Shown piece by piece: positions 29,618 through 40,403 of a DNA stretch of 64,000 nt. A program made the translations under genes and the position numbers. A model generated the notes under the pieces. The model searched no databases and was not told the origin of the DNA. It saw nothing but the letters and a program-made list of their open reading frames with translations. How positions within the stretch are numbered: position 1 is the stretch's first letter; each line of letters opens with the position of its first letter. This DNA comes from Nitrospirales bacterium (GTDB lineage: Bacteria; Nitrospirota; Nitrospiria; Nitrospirales; UBA8639), in contig OY820905.2 of assembly GCA_963555755.3 (NCBI GenBank), positions 3,392,001 through 3,456,000 on the forward strand. Reading direction: 5' to 3'.

Positions 29618-32600
29618 ATGCGCGTTTTTAAGGTTCTCAGAATTCTGGTCTTTATCGCCCTGGGACTGATCGCACTGTATGCCGGCATTGGGTTTCTTGG
29701 CGTGCCCTGGGCCGTGAAGAAATATGGCGTACCGGAAGTCTCAAAAATACTTGACCGTCCGGTGATGTTGAGAAATATCGCCTTCGATCCCTTTGCCTTT
29801 AAGCTCAAGCTCGAGGGATTTGAAATTCAAGAAACGGACGGGTCGCCTCTGATCGGCTTCGAACAATTGTTTGTGAATTTCGAGGCAGCATCCGTTTTGG
29901 CCGATGCGTATCGATTCGATATCATTCGTCTGAGTCGCCCCTTTGGACTGGTCAAAATCCTTGAAGACGGACGGCTCAATCTTGCCCAACTTGGGAGCCA
30001 AGAAAATTCTGCCGAGCCTTCCGTTCCCGAGACAGAAGAGCCTACTGGCGATCCATCTGAAGACAAGCCAATCTTTTTTAATATCGGCCTGTTTTCCATC
30101 GAGCAGGGTGCCGTGGAGTTTCGCGATGAATCCAAGCCCAAGCCCTTTGTCGCTGACCTCGTGCCGATTCAGATTAAATTGAGAAATTTTAGCACGCGTC
30201 CCGGGAATCAAAATTCCTACTTTGTGGCAGCAGAATTGGGAGAGGGCGAACGTCTGCGGTGGCAGGGCAATGTGTCCCTCGACCCCATTCGCTCCCAAGG
30301 CCAGGTAGAAATCACCGGCCTTCGAGCCGAGACTATTTGGCTATACGTTCAAGATCTGTTTCGATTTGAGATTACTCAAGGCCTGTTGGATTTTGAAATG
30401 GCTTATGACGTGGATATGGGGAAAGAACCCATGGGGGTGGTGTTGGATAAGGGAACCATCACGTTGCGGAATTTTGCGCTTCGTGAAAAAGGGCAACCCG
30501 ATGAGTTGATTGTGGTGCCGTCATTTTCAATCAGAGGGCTTGAGGCCAACATGGGGACTCGGCAGGTTTCCGTGGATTCGATTCAATCCCGTGGAACCGA
30601 GGTGCGGGGATGGATCAACCAGGACGGAACGGTGAATTATCAATCGTTGTTTGCCAGCCAGGAAGAATCTGCGATCCCTGATGATGGTGAATCCAATCCG
30701 CCGCAGGTCACCGAGTCAGATGAATCGCCGTGGTCAGCCACGATCAAGCAAATTTCTTTGGAGGAGTACACCGTACGGTTCGAAGATCGGCAGCCTAGCA
30801 CTCCGGTCCTCTTCCTTATCGAAAACTTCGGGCTGCACGTTCAAAATGTTACCACGGATATGAGCAAACCGATTGCACTGAAATTGGGTTTCACGTTCAA
30901 CCAATCGGCCCAATTGGCGGTGAGTGGACATGTGACTCCAGAGCCACCGGCCGTGGACCTGAAGCTGGATCTTTCAGACTTGGCCTTTACACCTTTTCAA
31001 CCATACCTTGACCCAGTTGTTCCATTTCAACTTGAGCGCGGGACTCTATCTGTGAAAGGCCATACTACCATTCAGGCTGAAGAAGGAAAGGACTCGACGG
31101 TTCGGTTTTCCGGGGATGTGACCATCGATGACTTTGCCCTGGTCAATGCCGGGGCTTCCGAAGAAATTTTGAAATGGGAACAATTAGCCTTTCAGGGAAT
31201 GGTCGTGGATTCTCAGCCAGCCCGTATGGGCTTGCGCGAGATTGTCGTGACGCTTCCCTATGCCAAAGTCGTGCACAGTGAAGACGGTATCTTTAATGTT
31301 TCACGATTATTCTCGCCGCCGGGATCCCAGCCGAGTGAATCCGATATCGGGGATACGGCATTGGAGGCAAAGGGGGTAGAGGAAAATCAGGAATCTTCCA
31401 GTGACGGCGAAGAAGATGTGGAGCCGTCGCCGCTCATTACGATCGATACGATACAAATTCACAACGCGGCAATTGATTTTACGGATCTGGCTATTGATCC
31501 CAATGTGGTGACCGGGATTCAAAACTTCTCTGGAACCATTCAGGGGCTTTCTTCGAAGGAGCTGTCCAAGGCAGATGTTTCGCTAAAAGGACGAGTGGAT
31601 AATGTCGCCACGATCAAGATTCAGGGACAAGTCAATCCGTTGCAGGATGATCTCTATACGGATTTGACCTTGGTGCTTCAGAATCTCGATTTAACCACGG
31701 TGTCGCCCTATGCGGGGAAATTTATGGGGTACCCCATCACCAAAGGCAAGCTGTCGATAGACTTGGAGTATAGTTTGTCTGAAAAAATATTGATTGGTGA
31801 GAATACAGTTCACATCGATCAATTAACCTTAGGCGATGCGACGGACAGTCCTGATGCGCCATCCTTACCAATCCCTTTGGCGTTGGCCTTGTTGAAGGAT
31901 CGAGATGGTCGAATCGATATTGAATTGCCCGTGCGGGGCGATTTGAATAATCCGGAATTTAGTTATGGGCAATTGGTGCTGCAAACCCTTGTGAATCTTA
32001 TCACTAAGGCTGCCACATCGCCTTTTACCATGATTGGGGGATTGTTAGGCGGGAGTGGCGATGACTTAGCGGTGGTGCAGTTTCCTGTGGGGCAAGCGGC
32101 ATTGGCTGAGGGCCAGATAGAAAAACTTTCGACGTTGGCTTCGGCTCTTTCCCAACGTCCCGGGTTGCGATTGGAAATTACCGGAGGCGCCGAGCCTACA
32201 AAAGATGGTCTGCGCATGGCGGAAGTCAAACTCGAGGATCAGCTTAAAGAAATTCGGCAACAGGAGTTGGTTTCTCCCGGTCAAATGAAATCCGAGTCAT
32301 CAGCCAAAGTGAATCTTTCCTCAACTGGTCGAGACCGATTGGTGAAGAAGCTCTACGTTGAGAAGTTCGGACAAGACCTCGGTAAAGGGCGCTCAGCGGT
32401 CGGTGAACAATCTGGTGGGGACGGCGACACGTCCGCGGATTCCCCATTGGATGAAGAAGTAAGTGGCTCTCAATCATCCCCATCAAAGAAACACATTCTT
32501 TCTTTAGAGGAAATGCGCCATCGGTTGCTTGAAACTATTCAGATCACGGAAGATGAATTACGACTGTTGGCGCAGGAACGCGCCAGGAGCATTCGGGATT

Positions 32601-32716
32601 ATCTCGTCAATCAGGAAAAGATTTCGGAAGAACGCATTTTTCTGGTGGAGGCCAATCTTGTCTCTGAATCCAATGCCGATACCATCATCACTAACCTCAC
32701 TCTTACTGCCCCGTAA
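29618..32716 (+). CDS. DUF748 (AsmA-like) domain protein
   Basis: N-terminal TM anchor, repeated beta-rich units, LALALLKDRDGRIDIELPVRGDLNNPEFS, LAQERA. Confidence 0.88.
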   Translation: MRVFKVLRILVFIALGLIALYAGIGFLGVPWAVKKYGVPEVSKILDRPVMLRNIAFDPFAFKLKLEGFEIQETDGSPLIGFEQLFVNFEAASVLADAYRFDIIRLSRPFGLVKILEDGRLNLAQLGSQENSAEPSVPETEEPTGDPSEDKPIFFNIGLFSIEQGAVEFRDESKPKPFVADLVPIQIKLRNFSTRPGNQNSYFVAAELGEGERLRWQGNVSLDPIRSQGQVEITGLRAETIWLYVQDLFRFEITQGLLDFEMAYDVDMGKEPMGVVLDKGTITLRNFALREKGQPDELIVVPSFSIRGLEANMGTRQVSVDSIQSRGTEVRGWINQDGTVNYQSLFASQEESAIPDDGESNPPQVTESDESPWSATIKQISLEEYTVRFEDRQPSTPVLFLIENFGLHVQNVTTDMSKPIALKLGFTFNQSAQLAVSGHVTPEPPAVDLKLDLSDLAFTPFQPYLDPVVPFQLERGTLSVKGHTTIQAEEGKDSTVRFSGDVTIDDFALVNAGASEEILKWEQLAFQGMVVDSQPARMGLREIVVTLPYAKVVHSEDGIFNVSRLFSPPGSQPSESDIGDTALEAKGVEENQESSSDGEEDVEPSPLITIDTIQIHNAAIDFTDLAIDPNVVTGIQNFSGTIQGLSSKELSKADVSLKGRVDNVATIKIQGQVNPLQDDLYTDLTLVLQNLDLTTVSPYAGKFMGYPITKGKLSIDLEYSLSEKILIGENTVHIDQLTLGDATDSPDAPSLPIPLALALLKDRDGRIDIELPVRGDLNNPEFSYGQLVLQTLVNLITKAATSPFTMIGGLLGGSGDDLAVVQFPVGQAALAEGQIEKLSTLASALSQRPGLRLEITGGAEPTKDGLRMAEVKLEDQLKEIRQQELVSPGQMKSESSAKVNLSSTGRDRLVKKLYVEKFGQDLGKGRSAVGEQSGGDGDTSADSPLDEEVSGSQSSPSKKHILSLEEMRHRLLETIQITEDELRLLAQERARSIRDYLVNQEKISEERIFLVEANLVSESNADTIITNLTLTAP

Positions 32717-32841
32717 GGACCTGTGACAAAATGAATTTGACAAAATCGCGCCCAGATTTGGGCAGGATTTGGACGGAACAATTGAGAAAAGGCCGAGGCA
32801 TAGCACGGCTATGTTGAGGCTTTTTCGATTGAAACCCGTTC

Positions 32842-33008
32842 AACCTAGAAACAGCAGTTGGGCGCAAAAAAGCCGTGTAAGACATTGGGGTGCATGGTGA
32901 AATACAAAAAGTCGTGGTCACCTCGGTGGTGATAAGACATTTTTGTATTTTGCCAGGTGCGCCAAGAGCTTGCGCGGACTTTTGTGATCCAACTGCTGTT
33001 TCTAGGTT
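32842..33008. repeat. Repeat/MITE family D, uninterrupted copy
   Basis: TIR AACCTAGAAACAGCAGTTGG ... CCAACTGCTGTTTCTAGGTT plus internal inverted repeats. Confidence 0.85.
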
Positions 33009-33084
33009 CCAAGATGGCCCGAAGATGGGATGCGAGATATCAAAGTTATTTTATCACAGGTCCTACACACTGTTTGACATACTC

Positions 33085-33987
33085 ATGCGTATAGGGATTG
33101 ATGTCGGGGGCACAAAGATCGAAGCCATTCTCCTGGATTCGACTGGAGAGGAACTCGCTCGTCGTCGTATGGATTCACCGCAGGGCGACTACTCGGCAAC
33201 GCTCCTCTCCATTGGTGCCCTGGTTGAAGAATTAGAGCGTGACTGTGCGACAGCCCCGACAGTCGGTGTGGGAATTCCCGGGACCATCTCTTCCGGAACA
33301 GGGTTGGTCAAAAATGCCAATTCAACTTGGCTCATCGGCCACCCGCTTCAATACGATTTGGAACAACGATTACAGCGTCCTGTTCGTGTGGCTAATGATG
33401 CGGATTGCTTCGCGGTGTCTGAAGCCACCGATGGTGCGGCAAGGAGTTCGCGGTCGGTGTTTGGGGTAATTTTGGGAACTGGCGTTGGAGGTGGTCTGTG
33501 CTGGGAGGGCCGACCGATATTTGGCCCGAATGCTATTGCTGGTGAATGGGGACATAACCCGCTCCCTTGGCCTGAGGATGATGAGCGTCCAGGCCCAGAC
33601 TGCTATTGTGGTTTGCGTGGGTGCCTGGAAACGTTTCTTTCGGGTCCAGGGTTGCAACGTGACCACTTCGAAAGAACCGGAGAGCATTGTACCCCGCAAG
33701 AAATCTCTGAACGTGCTGTTGGCGAAAGTCCCAAGTGTCTGGAGACGTTGAAGCGATATGAACATCGGTTGGCTCGTGGTTTGGCCAGTGTCATCAATAT
33801 CTTTGATCCGGAAGTGATCGTCTTGGGTGGAGGATTATCGAAAATCGAACGTTTGTATCACACCGTTCCGACCTTGTGGCCCTCTTGGGTATTTTCTGAT
33901 CACGTGGAGACGCAATTGGTTCCTCCACGGTTTGGCGATTCAAGCGGAGTCAGAGGAGCGGCGTGGCTTTGGCCTCTTTCTTCCTAG
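33085..33987 (+). CDS. mak: ROK family sugar kinase (fructokinase-like)
   Basis: GIDVGGTK, NDADC, LGTGVGGG, GEWGH, CYCG..GCLE. Confidence 0.88.
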   Translation: MRIGIDVGGTKIEAILLDSTGEELARRRMDSPQGDYSATLLSIGALVEELERDCATAPTVGVGIPGTISSGTGLVKNANSTWLIGHPLQYDLEQRLQRPVRVANDADCFAVSEATDGAARSSRSVFGVILGTGVGGGLCWEGRPIFGPNAIAGEWGHNPLPWPEDDERPGPDCYCGLRGCLETFLSGPGLQRDHFERTGEHCTPQEISERAVGESPKCLETLKRYEHRLARGLASVINIFDPEVIVLGGGLSKIERLYHTVPTLWPSWVFSDHVETQLVPPRFGDSSGVRGAAWLWPLSS

Positions 33988-34134
33988 TTGGAACATGAAA
34001 CTAGAAACCGCATCATTGTTGCCGAACTCTCGGTGCTGCATTAGAGTGGGTTTGGAAAATTCCAAGAGAAGAAAAGTGGATCATCATGAAGAGGAGGCAA
34101 GGAAACTCGTGCTGTATTGTGAGGGTTCGTACAC

Positions 34135-35832
34135 ATGACAGAATTGAATGCTGATGCGCCAAGAGATTTCATCCGGGCGATGGTTGCGCGGGATGTTGCG
34201 GCCAAGAAGTTTGCGGGTGAAGTGAAAACCCGATTTCCACCAGAGCCAAACGGCTATTTGCATATTGGTCATGCGAAATCCATGTGTTTGAATTTTGGGA
34301 TTGCCGAAGAGTTTCCTGGTGGCTTGTGCAATTTACGGTTCGACGATACCAATCCCACGAAAGAAAATGTGGAATACGTCGAATCTATTCAGGAGGATAT
34401 ACGTTGGCTTGGATTCGATTGGGGTGATCGCCTGTTCTGTGCCTCGAACTATTTTGAGCGTTTGTATGACTACGCGGTGTTCCTGATCAAGCAAGGCCAG
34501 GCCTATGTCGATAGTTTGACTGCCGACGAAATACGTGAGCATCGCGGAACGTTAACCGATCCCGGAAAAGATAGCCCATATCGATCCCGGTCGATTGAGG
34601 AAAACCTGGATTTATTTGGGCGTATGCGGGCAGCCGAGTTTGCGGATGGGGCTCATGTGCTTCGGGCGAAAATCGATATGGCGTCGTCCAATATTAATTT
34701 ACGCGATCCAATACTGTATCGCATTCGCCGGGCTCACCATTATCGTACTGGAGATGCGTGGTGCATCTATCCCAATTATGATTTTGCCCATCCGCTCTCT
34801 GATTCGATTGAGGGCATTACTCATTCCCTGTGTACGTTGGAGTTTGAAGATCATCGGCCCTTGTACGATTGGGTTCTTGATGCCTGTCAGGTTGAACGGC
34901 ATTCACAACAGATTGAATTTGCACGGCTGAATTTGACGTACACGCTTATGAGTAAACGGAAGTTATTAGAATTAGTGGAAGAAAGGCATGTGACAGGATG
35001 GGATGACCCTCGCCTTCCCACGCTGATGGGTCTGCGAAGGCGGGGCTATACCCCGGAGTCCATTCGGAAATTTTGTGACCACATTGGTGTGGCCAAGCGA
35101 GACAGTACTGTCGAAATTACGTTACTGGAGCATTTTATCAGGGACGATTTGAACAAACGTGCCATGCGGGTGATGGCGGTGCTGCGGCCGTTACGCCTGG
35201 TCATTGAAAATTACCCGGAGGAGACAGTTGAAGAACTTTCGGCTGTGAATAATCCGGAAGATACCGCCATGGGGAAGAGAACCATTCCGTTTTCACGAAT
35301 TCTCTATATTGAACAAGATGATTTTCGGGAAGACCCACCCAAAAAGTTTTTCCGGCTAGCCCCCGGGCAAGAAGTCCGTTTGCGCTATGCCTATATCATC
35401 AAATGCGTCAACGTGATCAAGGATGAAGTCACTGGGGACATACTGGAGGTGCGTTGCACCTATGATCCTGAGACGAGAAGTGGGGGGCCTCACGCGTCGC
35501 GAAAAGTGAAGGGGACGCTGCATTGGGTCTCGGTTGCTCATGCGGTTCCGGCTGAAGTCAGGCTGTATGATTATTTGTTCCTCGTCCCCGACCCTGGGAA
35601 TGACAAGGAGGGCAGAGATTATCGAGCCTGTTTGAATCCACATTCTTTAGAACGTTTATCTCAATGCTATGTGGAGCCAAGCTTGCGTAAGGCAAAGCCT
35701 GGCAGCCGCTTTCAATTTGAGCGGCAGGGATATTTTTGTGTGGATCGGGTGGAATCGTCTGAAAACTGGTTGGTCTTTAACCGGACTGTTCCATTACGAG
35801 ATTCGTGGAGCAAAATTGAGAAGGCACAGTAA
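34135..35832 (+). CDS. glnS: Glutamine--tRNA ligase
   Basis: [38 protein letters not shown]. Confidence 0.97.
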   Translation: MTELNADAPRDFIRAMVARDVAAKKFAGEVKTRFPPEPNGYLHIGHAKSMCLNFGIAEEFPGGLCNLRFDDTNPTKENVEYVESIQEDIRWLGFDWGDRLFCASNYFERLYDYAVFLIKQGQAYVDSLTADEIREHRGTLTDPGKDSPYRSRSIEENLDLFGRMRAAEFADGAHVLRAKIDMASSNINLRDPILYRIRRAHHYRTGDAWCIYPNYDFAHPLSDSIEGITHSLCTLEFEDHRPLYDWVLDACQVERHSQQIEFARLNLTYTLMSKRKLLELVEERHVTGWDDPRLPTLMGLRRRGYTPESIRKFCDHIGVAKRDSTVEITLLEHFIRDDLNKRAMRVMAVLRPLRLVIENYPEETVEELSAVNNPEDTAMGKRTIPFSRILYIEQDDFREDPPKKFFRLAPGQEVRLRYAYIIKCVNVIKDEVTGDILEVRCTYDPETRSGGPHASRKVKGTLHWVSVAHAVPAEVRLYDYLFLVPDPGNDKEGRDYRACLNPHSLERLSQCYVEPSLRKAKPGSRFQFERQGYFCVDRVESSENWLVFNRTVPLRDSWSKIEKAQ

Positions 35833-35864
35833 AAAGCCGAGACAGGTAGTGGCCAGAGGGAAGG

Positions 35865-36131
35865 TTAGGGCTCACTCTGAGTGGTTTCGGAAGGGTGACG
35901 GGGAGGGCTGTCCGGTTGAGGCTCAGAAGGTGATAGATTTTCTTTTTGTGCGGCTATGGACTGATTTGAAAGAAACTCTTCCATGTCATGCACGTATTGG
36001 TTTCCAAATAATTGAATAACCCATTCGCGCTGCTGTTCCAGTGGAACTTCCCACGCCTCCCAGGCATCTAACAGTCGGAGCTGATCGTAGGGCATGCAGT
36101 CAAGCTTAATGGTAAACAGGGGGACAGGCAT
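35865..36131 (-). CDS. Small hypothetical protein
   Basis: 88-aa ORF, no recognised motif. Confidence 0.45.
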   Translation of the reverse strand: MPVPLFTIKLDCMPYDQLRLLDAWEAWEVPLEQQREWVIQLFGNQYVHDMEEFLSNQSIAAQKENLSPSEPQPDSPPRHPSETTQSEP

Positions 36132-36314
36132 ATAGTTTTATCGGTTGCCGGTTCCCGGAACTCAAATAAAAACCAATTTGGCGGGTCACCGGATTGAACG
36201 GGCGGAATTAGGAGGGGGGGGGAGGACATCCAAAATCATGAATCTTGGCAGGATGTAGCATGTCTTGCGAGGTAAAGTGCTGGTGCCTTGGGAGCGAAGG
36301 ATTAGAATGAGGGG

Positions 36315-36572
36315 TCACTCATCTCGAAGCTGTCGGCGTCGTTTAAAAATGACCATGTGCCCTTCTTCCATATCGATGGACGTTGGAGTATTGCAAATCG
36401 TTCCGGGATAGACGGTGTCCATTTCCCACCCTTCCCCGTATCGTTTGACCAACTGTTTATGTAGCGTGGACAAAGTTGACTCACTCGGCCCTCGTCCTTG
36501 AATCTCTGCCGGTACAGCCATCCCACGTTTTTCGTACTTCCGTCGATCAATCTGTTTTTGTGGTTGTTCCAT
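36315..36572 (-). CDS. DUF4177-like small protein
   Basis: GAGGA RBS; GEGWEMDTV...MVIFKR resembles the DUF4177 pattern. Confidence 0.55.
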   Translation of the reverse strand: MEQPQKQIDRRKYEKRGMAVPAEIQGRGPSESTLSTLHKQLVKRYGEGWEMDTVYPGTICNTPTSIDMEEGHMVIFKRRRQLRDE

Positions 36573-36660
36573 CTTTTTTCCTCATGCATAGAATGATCCC
36601 GTCCATGAATTCGTGCCTGGTTTTCGTCCAGAATGCGTGCGAGTCAGAATTCTGATGTTA

Positions 36661-36923
36661 GGGTCCGTCACGAAATAACCGGGACAATTGGGAGGCCCAG
36701 ATTTGTGATCGGGGCAAGGCGCGACGAGGGAGCAGAGCGGGGCTCTGTGACCGAGGAGCAACGCCGCCCTGGGCCAAAGATGGGCCTCCCCGGAGGGCCG
36801 GACGCTTTTGGGCTGCGCCGGCGTCGCTCATCGCTTCCATACTCCCGGTATGCGCACTCTTCGCTCCTTGGCTCGCTCCAAAATCGTCTCGGCCAATTGT
36901 ACCGGTTATTTCGTGACGGACCC
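36661..36923. mobile_element. MITE family C with 3-bp TTA target duplication
   Basis: TTA|GGGTCCGTCACGAAATAACCGG...CCGGTTATTTCGTGACGGACCC|TTA. Confidence 0.88.
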
Positions 36924-37066
36924 TTAGCCTTTTTCGTTCTCCATCGGGATTTTTTGCCACGTACTTGATACCTGAATACCCTGCACTCATGGCCAGAAAT
37001 TCAGGTTTGATTTGCCCAAAGAAAAAATCGACCATCGAGGCTTTTTGCAAGAAAAGTCTGCACTTA

Positions 37067-37223
37067 GGGTTCGCGCAAAAATAACTTCCCCTGTTTGGGC
37101 GTTGATCCATCCTGTCTGGCGGCGGTGCTCGTCCTTTCCATACGCGGAGTATGCGCAGCCCTCGCGCCTTGCCAGACAGGCACCTCAGCACCCAAACATG
37201 GGAAGTTATTGTTGCGCGAACCC
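37067..37223. mobile_element. MITE family B copy (inverted)
   Basis: TTA|GGGTTCGCGCAA...TTGCGCGAACCC|TTA. Confidence 0.88.
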
Positions 37224-37466
37224 TTAGGGCCGGACAAAGGCGATGAGAGGCAAGATACGAACGTAGGACACCCTTTTGGCCTGAGGCGCTGGGGTGTGCA
37301 TGCATGACTTGGTGGCGGGGATTAAAGGGCGGACGCCTTGCTCTGAGGACTATCCCATGGTGGCAGTCTGCGTCCATGGAGATGACGGGGTTTCATGTTG
37401 GCCGGAAATATCCGTGGTGTGGTTCTCCTCGTCGTGACTGTCTGCGTGTTATTCGATGGGCTGGAA

Positions 37467-37850
37467 TTACGAAGGAATGAGATGCCCCAGTTTTTCCTTG
37501 ATGCTTTCTTGAGAAAAAGGTTTCATGATATATCCCGTGGTTTTTGCCTGAACCGCCTCCATGATTTGAGCTTCTCGCCCTTCTACTGTGACCAGATACA
37601 CAGAGGTCTCTCGTAAATTTTCATCAACCCGAATGGCTTTGAGCAAATCCAGGCCGTTCAGTCCGGGCATATGCCAATCTGCCATGACTAAATCTACCGG
37701 CTGTTCTTTGAGCATGGTGAGGGCTTCGTCGCCCCGCTCAGCTTCTTTGATTTGCTCAAATCCTAAACGTTGAAAAATTCGGCAGAGTTTTTTTCGGGAA
37801 ACAGCATCGTCGTCTACGACTAAAATCGATTGGATTGTCTGGTCTCCCAT
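37467..37850 (-). CDS. CheY-like single-domain response regulator
   Basis: LVVDD, DWHMPGLNG, YIMKPF. Confidence 0.92.
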   Translation of the reverse strand: MGDQTIQSILVVDDDAVSRKKLCRIFQRLGFEQIKEAERGDEALTMLKEQPVDLVMADWHMPGLNGLDLLKAIRVDENLRETSVYLVTVEGREAQIMEAVQAKTTGYIMKPFSQESIKEKLGHLIPS

Positions 37851-38128
37851 GGGAATGGTTCCTTCACTAATCGTTACGGAAAAGGTTTTCTGTTGTTAAA
37901 CGTATGGGAACTGTCAGTCGAAAAGCTGCAATCCTTCAGTCATTGTGTTTGTACGTATTAATACTCGATCTTGGAGAATGGTTGGTGCATACTGCCTACT
38001 CGGAATCTCAAAAAGAAACTTTACCAGTCAAAAGGATAATCCTACGAATTTTTCTGTAATGGGGCTGTTGAATATTTCGCGTCAATTGCCAATAAAAGCT
38101 CTGGATGAGCCAAGCATTGTCAAGGGGA

Positions 38129-38274
38129 GGGAATGTTCAAAAAAGCATGCCCTGAGTCTTTCCGAAGGGTCTATCCAGCAAGGCCGCAGCCCTTTTGACG
38201 CGCGGAGCGTACTCATAGTACGTGAGCACGGCAAAAGGGCGAGAACGCCGCTGGCGGCTTTTTTCAACATTCCC
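38129..38274 (-). repeat. Repeat family A copy (inverted)
   Basis: GGGAATGTTCAAAAAAG...CTTTTTTCAACATTCCC. Confidence 0.9.
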
Positions 38275-38386
38275 GTAATGGAATAATCGTTTTGTATGAT
38301 CGAATGCGGTAGGCTGAGAAATTTGGAGGGAAGATATTTTTCGCAGAATTAAGGGGAGCAACGGGTCTGGAGATATGGGAAGGCCC

Positions 38387-39277
38387 TTACTGCCGCAGCA
38401 TGTCAAAACTTTGAATGCCCAAGGCATCATAAATTTGAAGCGAGGCCTTGGATTTATTCAACGTGTACAAATGAATCCCTTGGACTTGGTGGTCGAGCAA
38501 ATCTAGAACTTGCTCTGTTGCCCATGCTATGCCAATTCGTTCCCCGTCTTCGACATTCGTCGAACTTCTCATTGCACGAAGCAGCTTTGCTGGAAACCGT
38601 GCGCCGAGTGCGAGTTCGGACATGCGAGCCATCCCCTTTTTGGAGGTGATGGGCATAATCCCGGCGATGATGGGGACGTGGATACCACCCATTTCGCAGC
38701 GGTCACGGAAATCATAAAAATCACGATTATCAAAAAATAATTGTGTGCAAATATAGTCAGCGCCCGCCTCGACTTTTTCCTTCAAAAAGTCGATTTCCTT
38801 GAGACGATTGGGGGTATCCGGGTGACCTTCAGGAAATCCCGCCACCCCAACACCCATGTCGGGGAAATGTTTTTTGATAAAACGGACGAGGTCCGCAGCA
38901 TACGGAAACCCATGGCTTGGTGGAACATACTCTTGTTGGGATTGGGGTGGGTCTCCGCGTAACGCCATAATATTTTTTATGCCGTGCTCATGGTAGGTCT
39001 GGAGAATGTGATGAATTTCGTCTTGGCTCGATCCCACACAGGTTAAATGTGACACAATCGTCAGATTGGTCTTTTCCTGGAGTTTTACCACCAAATCGTG
39101 GGTCAGGGTGCGAGTCGATCCACCGGCACCGTAAGTCACACTAACATAGGCCGGTTTAAGGGGGACCAACTGTTGAATCGTTTGAAATAATTCTTGAGAG
39201 GCCGTTTCAGTTTTTGGGGGAAAGAACTCAAAACTGATAGCCGGTTGGTGCTGTTTCAACACTTGTGCAATATGCAT
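38387..39277 (-). CDS. metF: Methylenetetrahydrofolate reductase
   Basis: SFEFFPPK, SVTYGAGG, ALRGDPP, TQLFFD, HLYTLN. Confidence 0.97.
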   Translation of the reverse strand: MHIAQVLKQHQPAISFEFFPPKTETASQELFQTIQQLVPLKPAYVSVTYGAGGSTRTLTHDLVVKLQEKTNLTIVSHLTCVGSSQDEIHHILQTYHEHGIKNIMALRGDPPQSQQEYVPPSHGFPYAADLVRFIKKHFPDMGVGVAGFPEGHPDTPNRLKEIDFLKEKVEAGADYICTQLFFDNRDFYDFRDRCEMGGIHVPIIAGIMPITSKKGMARMSELALGARFPAKLLRAMRSSTNVEDGERIGIAWATEQVLDLLDHQVQGIHLYTLNKSKASLQIYDALGIQSFDMLRQ

Positions 39278-40258
39278 GTTCGTCCTTTGTGTCAGACCGT
39301 CGAGTCAGCTCTATGCTGAGTACCCATACAAGCGATCATCATTCATTCAATAACCATAAGGGTTTCTGTCTATATATTTCAAATCTGGGCTTAGGTCAAT
39401 TTGGAAAAAGCCTGAGCGAAGATTTCTGGCGTATTTCTACTGTACGATGAAATCTATTAACGTCAAGGCTTGGCAAGGGTGTGAAGGGAGTTGCCGATAA
39501 CACATGTTAGGTGCAAATGGGTATTCTCTCCCTTCGGATGTGGGGAGCAGGTCATTGAAAGGTTCCTCTGGCCGCCTTTTAGCACATTGGTTGTCCTTCA
39601 ATGAGTGGGCGTAGGATGAAGATTTTGGCGGCTGTTTCTTGATCAAACCGTGAACCGGGAATGTGTTTTGTAATGGAGGGTGCAACTATGCGCAGTCATT
39701 ACTCAGAAACCCAATGGGATCAAATCATCAATGGCCATCATCCGTGGAATGATAAAGGGCCATTTTTGGGAAAGAAGAAGGGCTTGCGATCATTACAATA
39801 CGCGACCAGGATTGTCACGAGATTGGTGTGTTTTGAACCAACGGTGGCCTTGGGTCAAAACGGGTAATAAATCCACATCCTGCTTGCTGTGTCATCGAGA
39901 AGGACTTTCTCTACCGAACACCGACATGTTCCGGAACCCCTTGCGTTCTTTCGCACTCTGAGCATGATAAGGCCCCACTCAGTGCGGCTTTGTACCCTCT
40001 GAGGAGCATGCGGCCCTTTTCCATATTCTGCTACGCGTGCAGCCTTCCCTTCTCAATTTTCCGCTTTTCACCAGTTTTTTGGTCTATGGGAATGTGACAG
40101 ATGGTGTCAAAATTTCCGACATGTCAGAATTTTGGTGTGGAAGTAGGAAAAATATGCCTCACGTCAGGTCATCAACAGGAAGAAAAATGGGCTATGTATT
40201 CAATAGGTTAAACATGGAAAAATTTCTTGGTCATGGTTGAAGTGAAGGGAGGCTACTC

Positions 40259-40274
40259 CGGTATCGATCTTGCT
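40259..40274 (+). promoter_or_regulatory. Putative sigma54 -24/-12 promoter
   Basis: CGGTATCGATCTTGCT (GG-N10-GC); candidate enhancer TGTCAAAATTTCCGACA at 40105-40121. Confidence 0.45.
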
Positions 40275-40403
40275 CACCATAATGGACAGTACAGAAAATG
40301 TTGCCCATTCGTGGTCTGGGCAATGATTATCAAAAACCGACTTCAGGAGACCAGCGGGTGTTTTGGGGGGTCTGTCGTGAGCCAACGGATTAAGGGGGCT
40401 GAT

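Noticed and set aside
24020..35832. Co-occurrence of gltX and glnS as a novelty
   Set aside because: Common in many bacterial lineages and not unusual by itself
36315..36572. PilZ domain from DRRKYEKR
   Set aside because: Spacing does not fit RxxxR and the DxSxxG motif is absent; the rest resembles DUF4177
36633..37377. ORF-track proteins of 70-239 aa over repeats (also 5189-5407, 19722-20025, 38082-38430, 48924-49452, 50274-50604, 61702-62313)
   Set aside because: They are translations of MITE/REP DNA; the same peptide text recurs at each repeat copy
39300..39660. SAM or cobalamin riboswitch upstream of metF
   Set aside because: Only scattered words (ATCAAGA, CAACC, GTGCTAAA on the minus strand); no kink-turn/pseudoknot core or P1 pairing could be built
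39661..39961. Small c-type cytochrome (CLLCH) ORF
   Set aside because: Two overlapping short frames, no signal peptide; could be a decayed gene but cannot be supported
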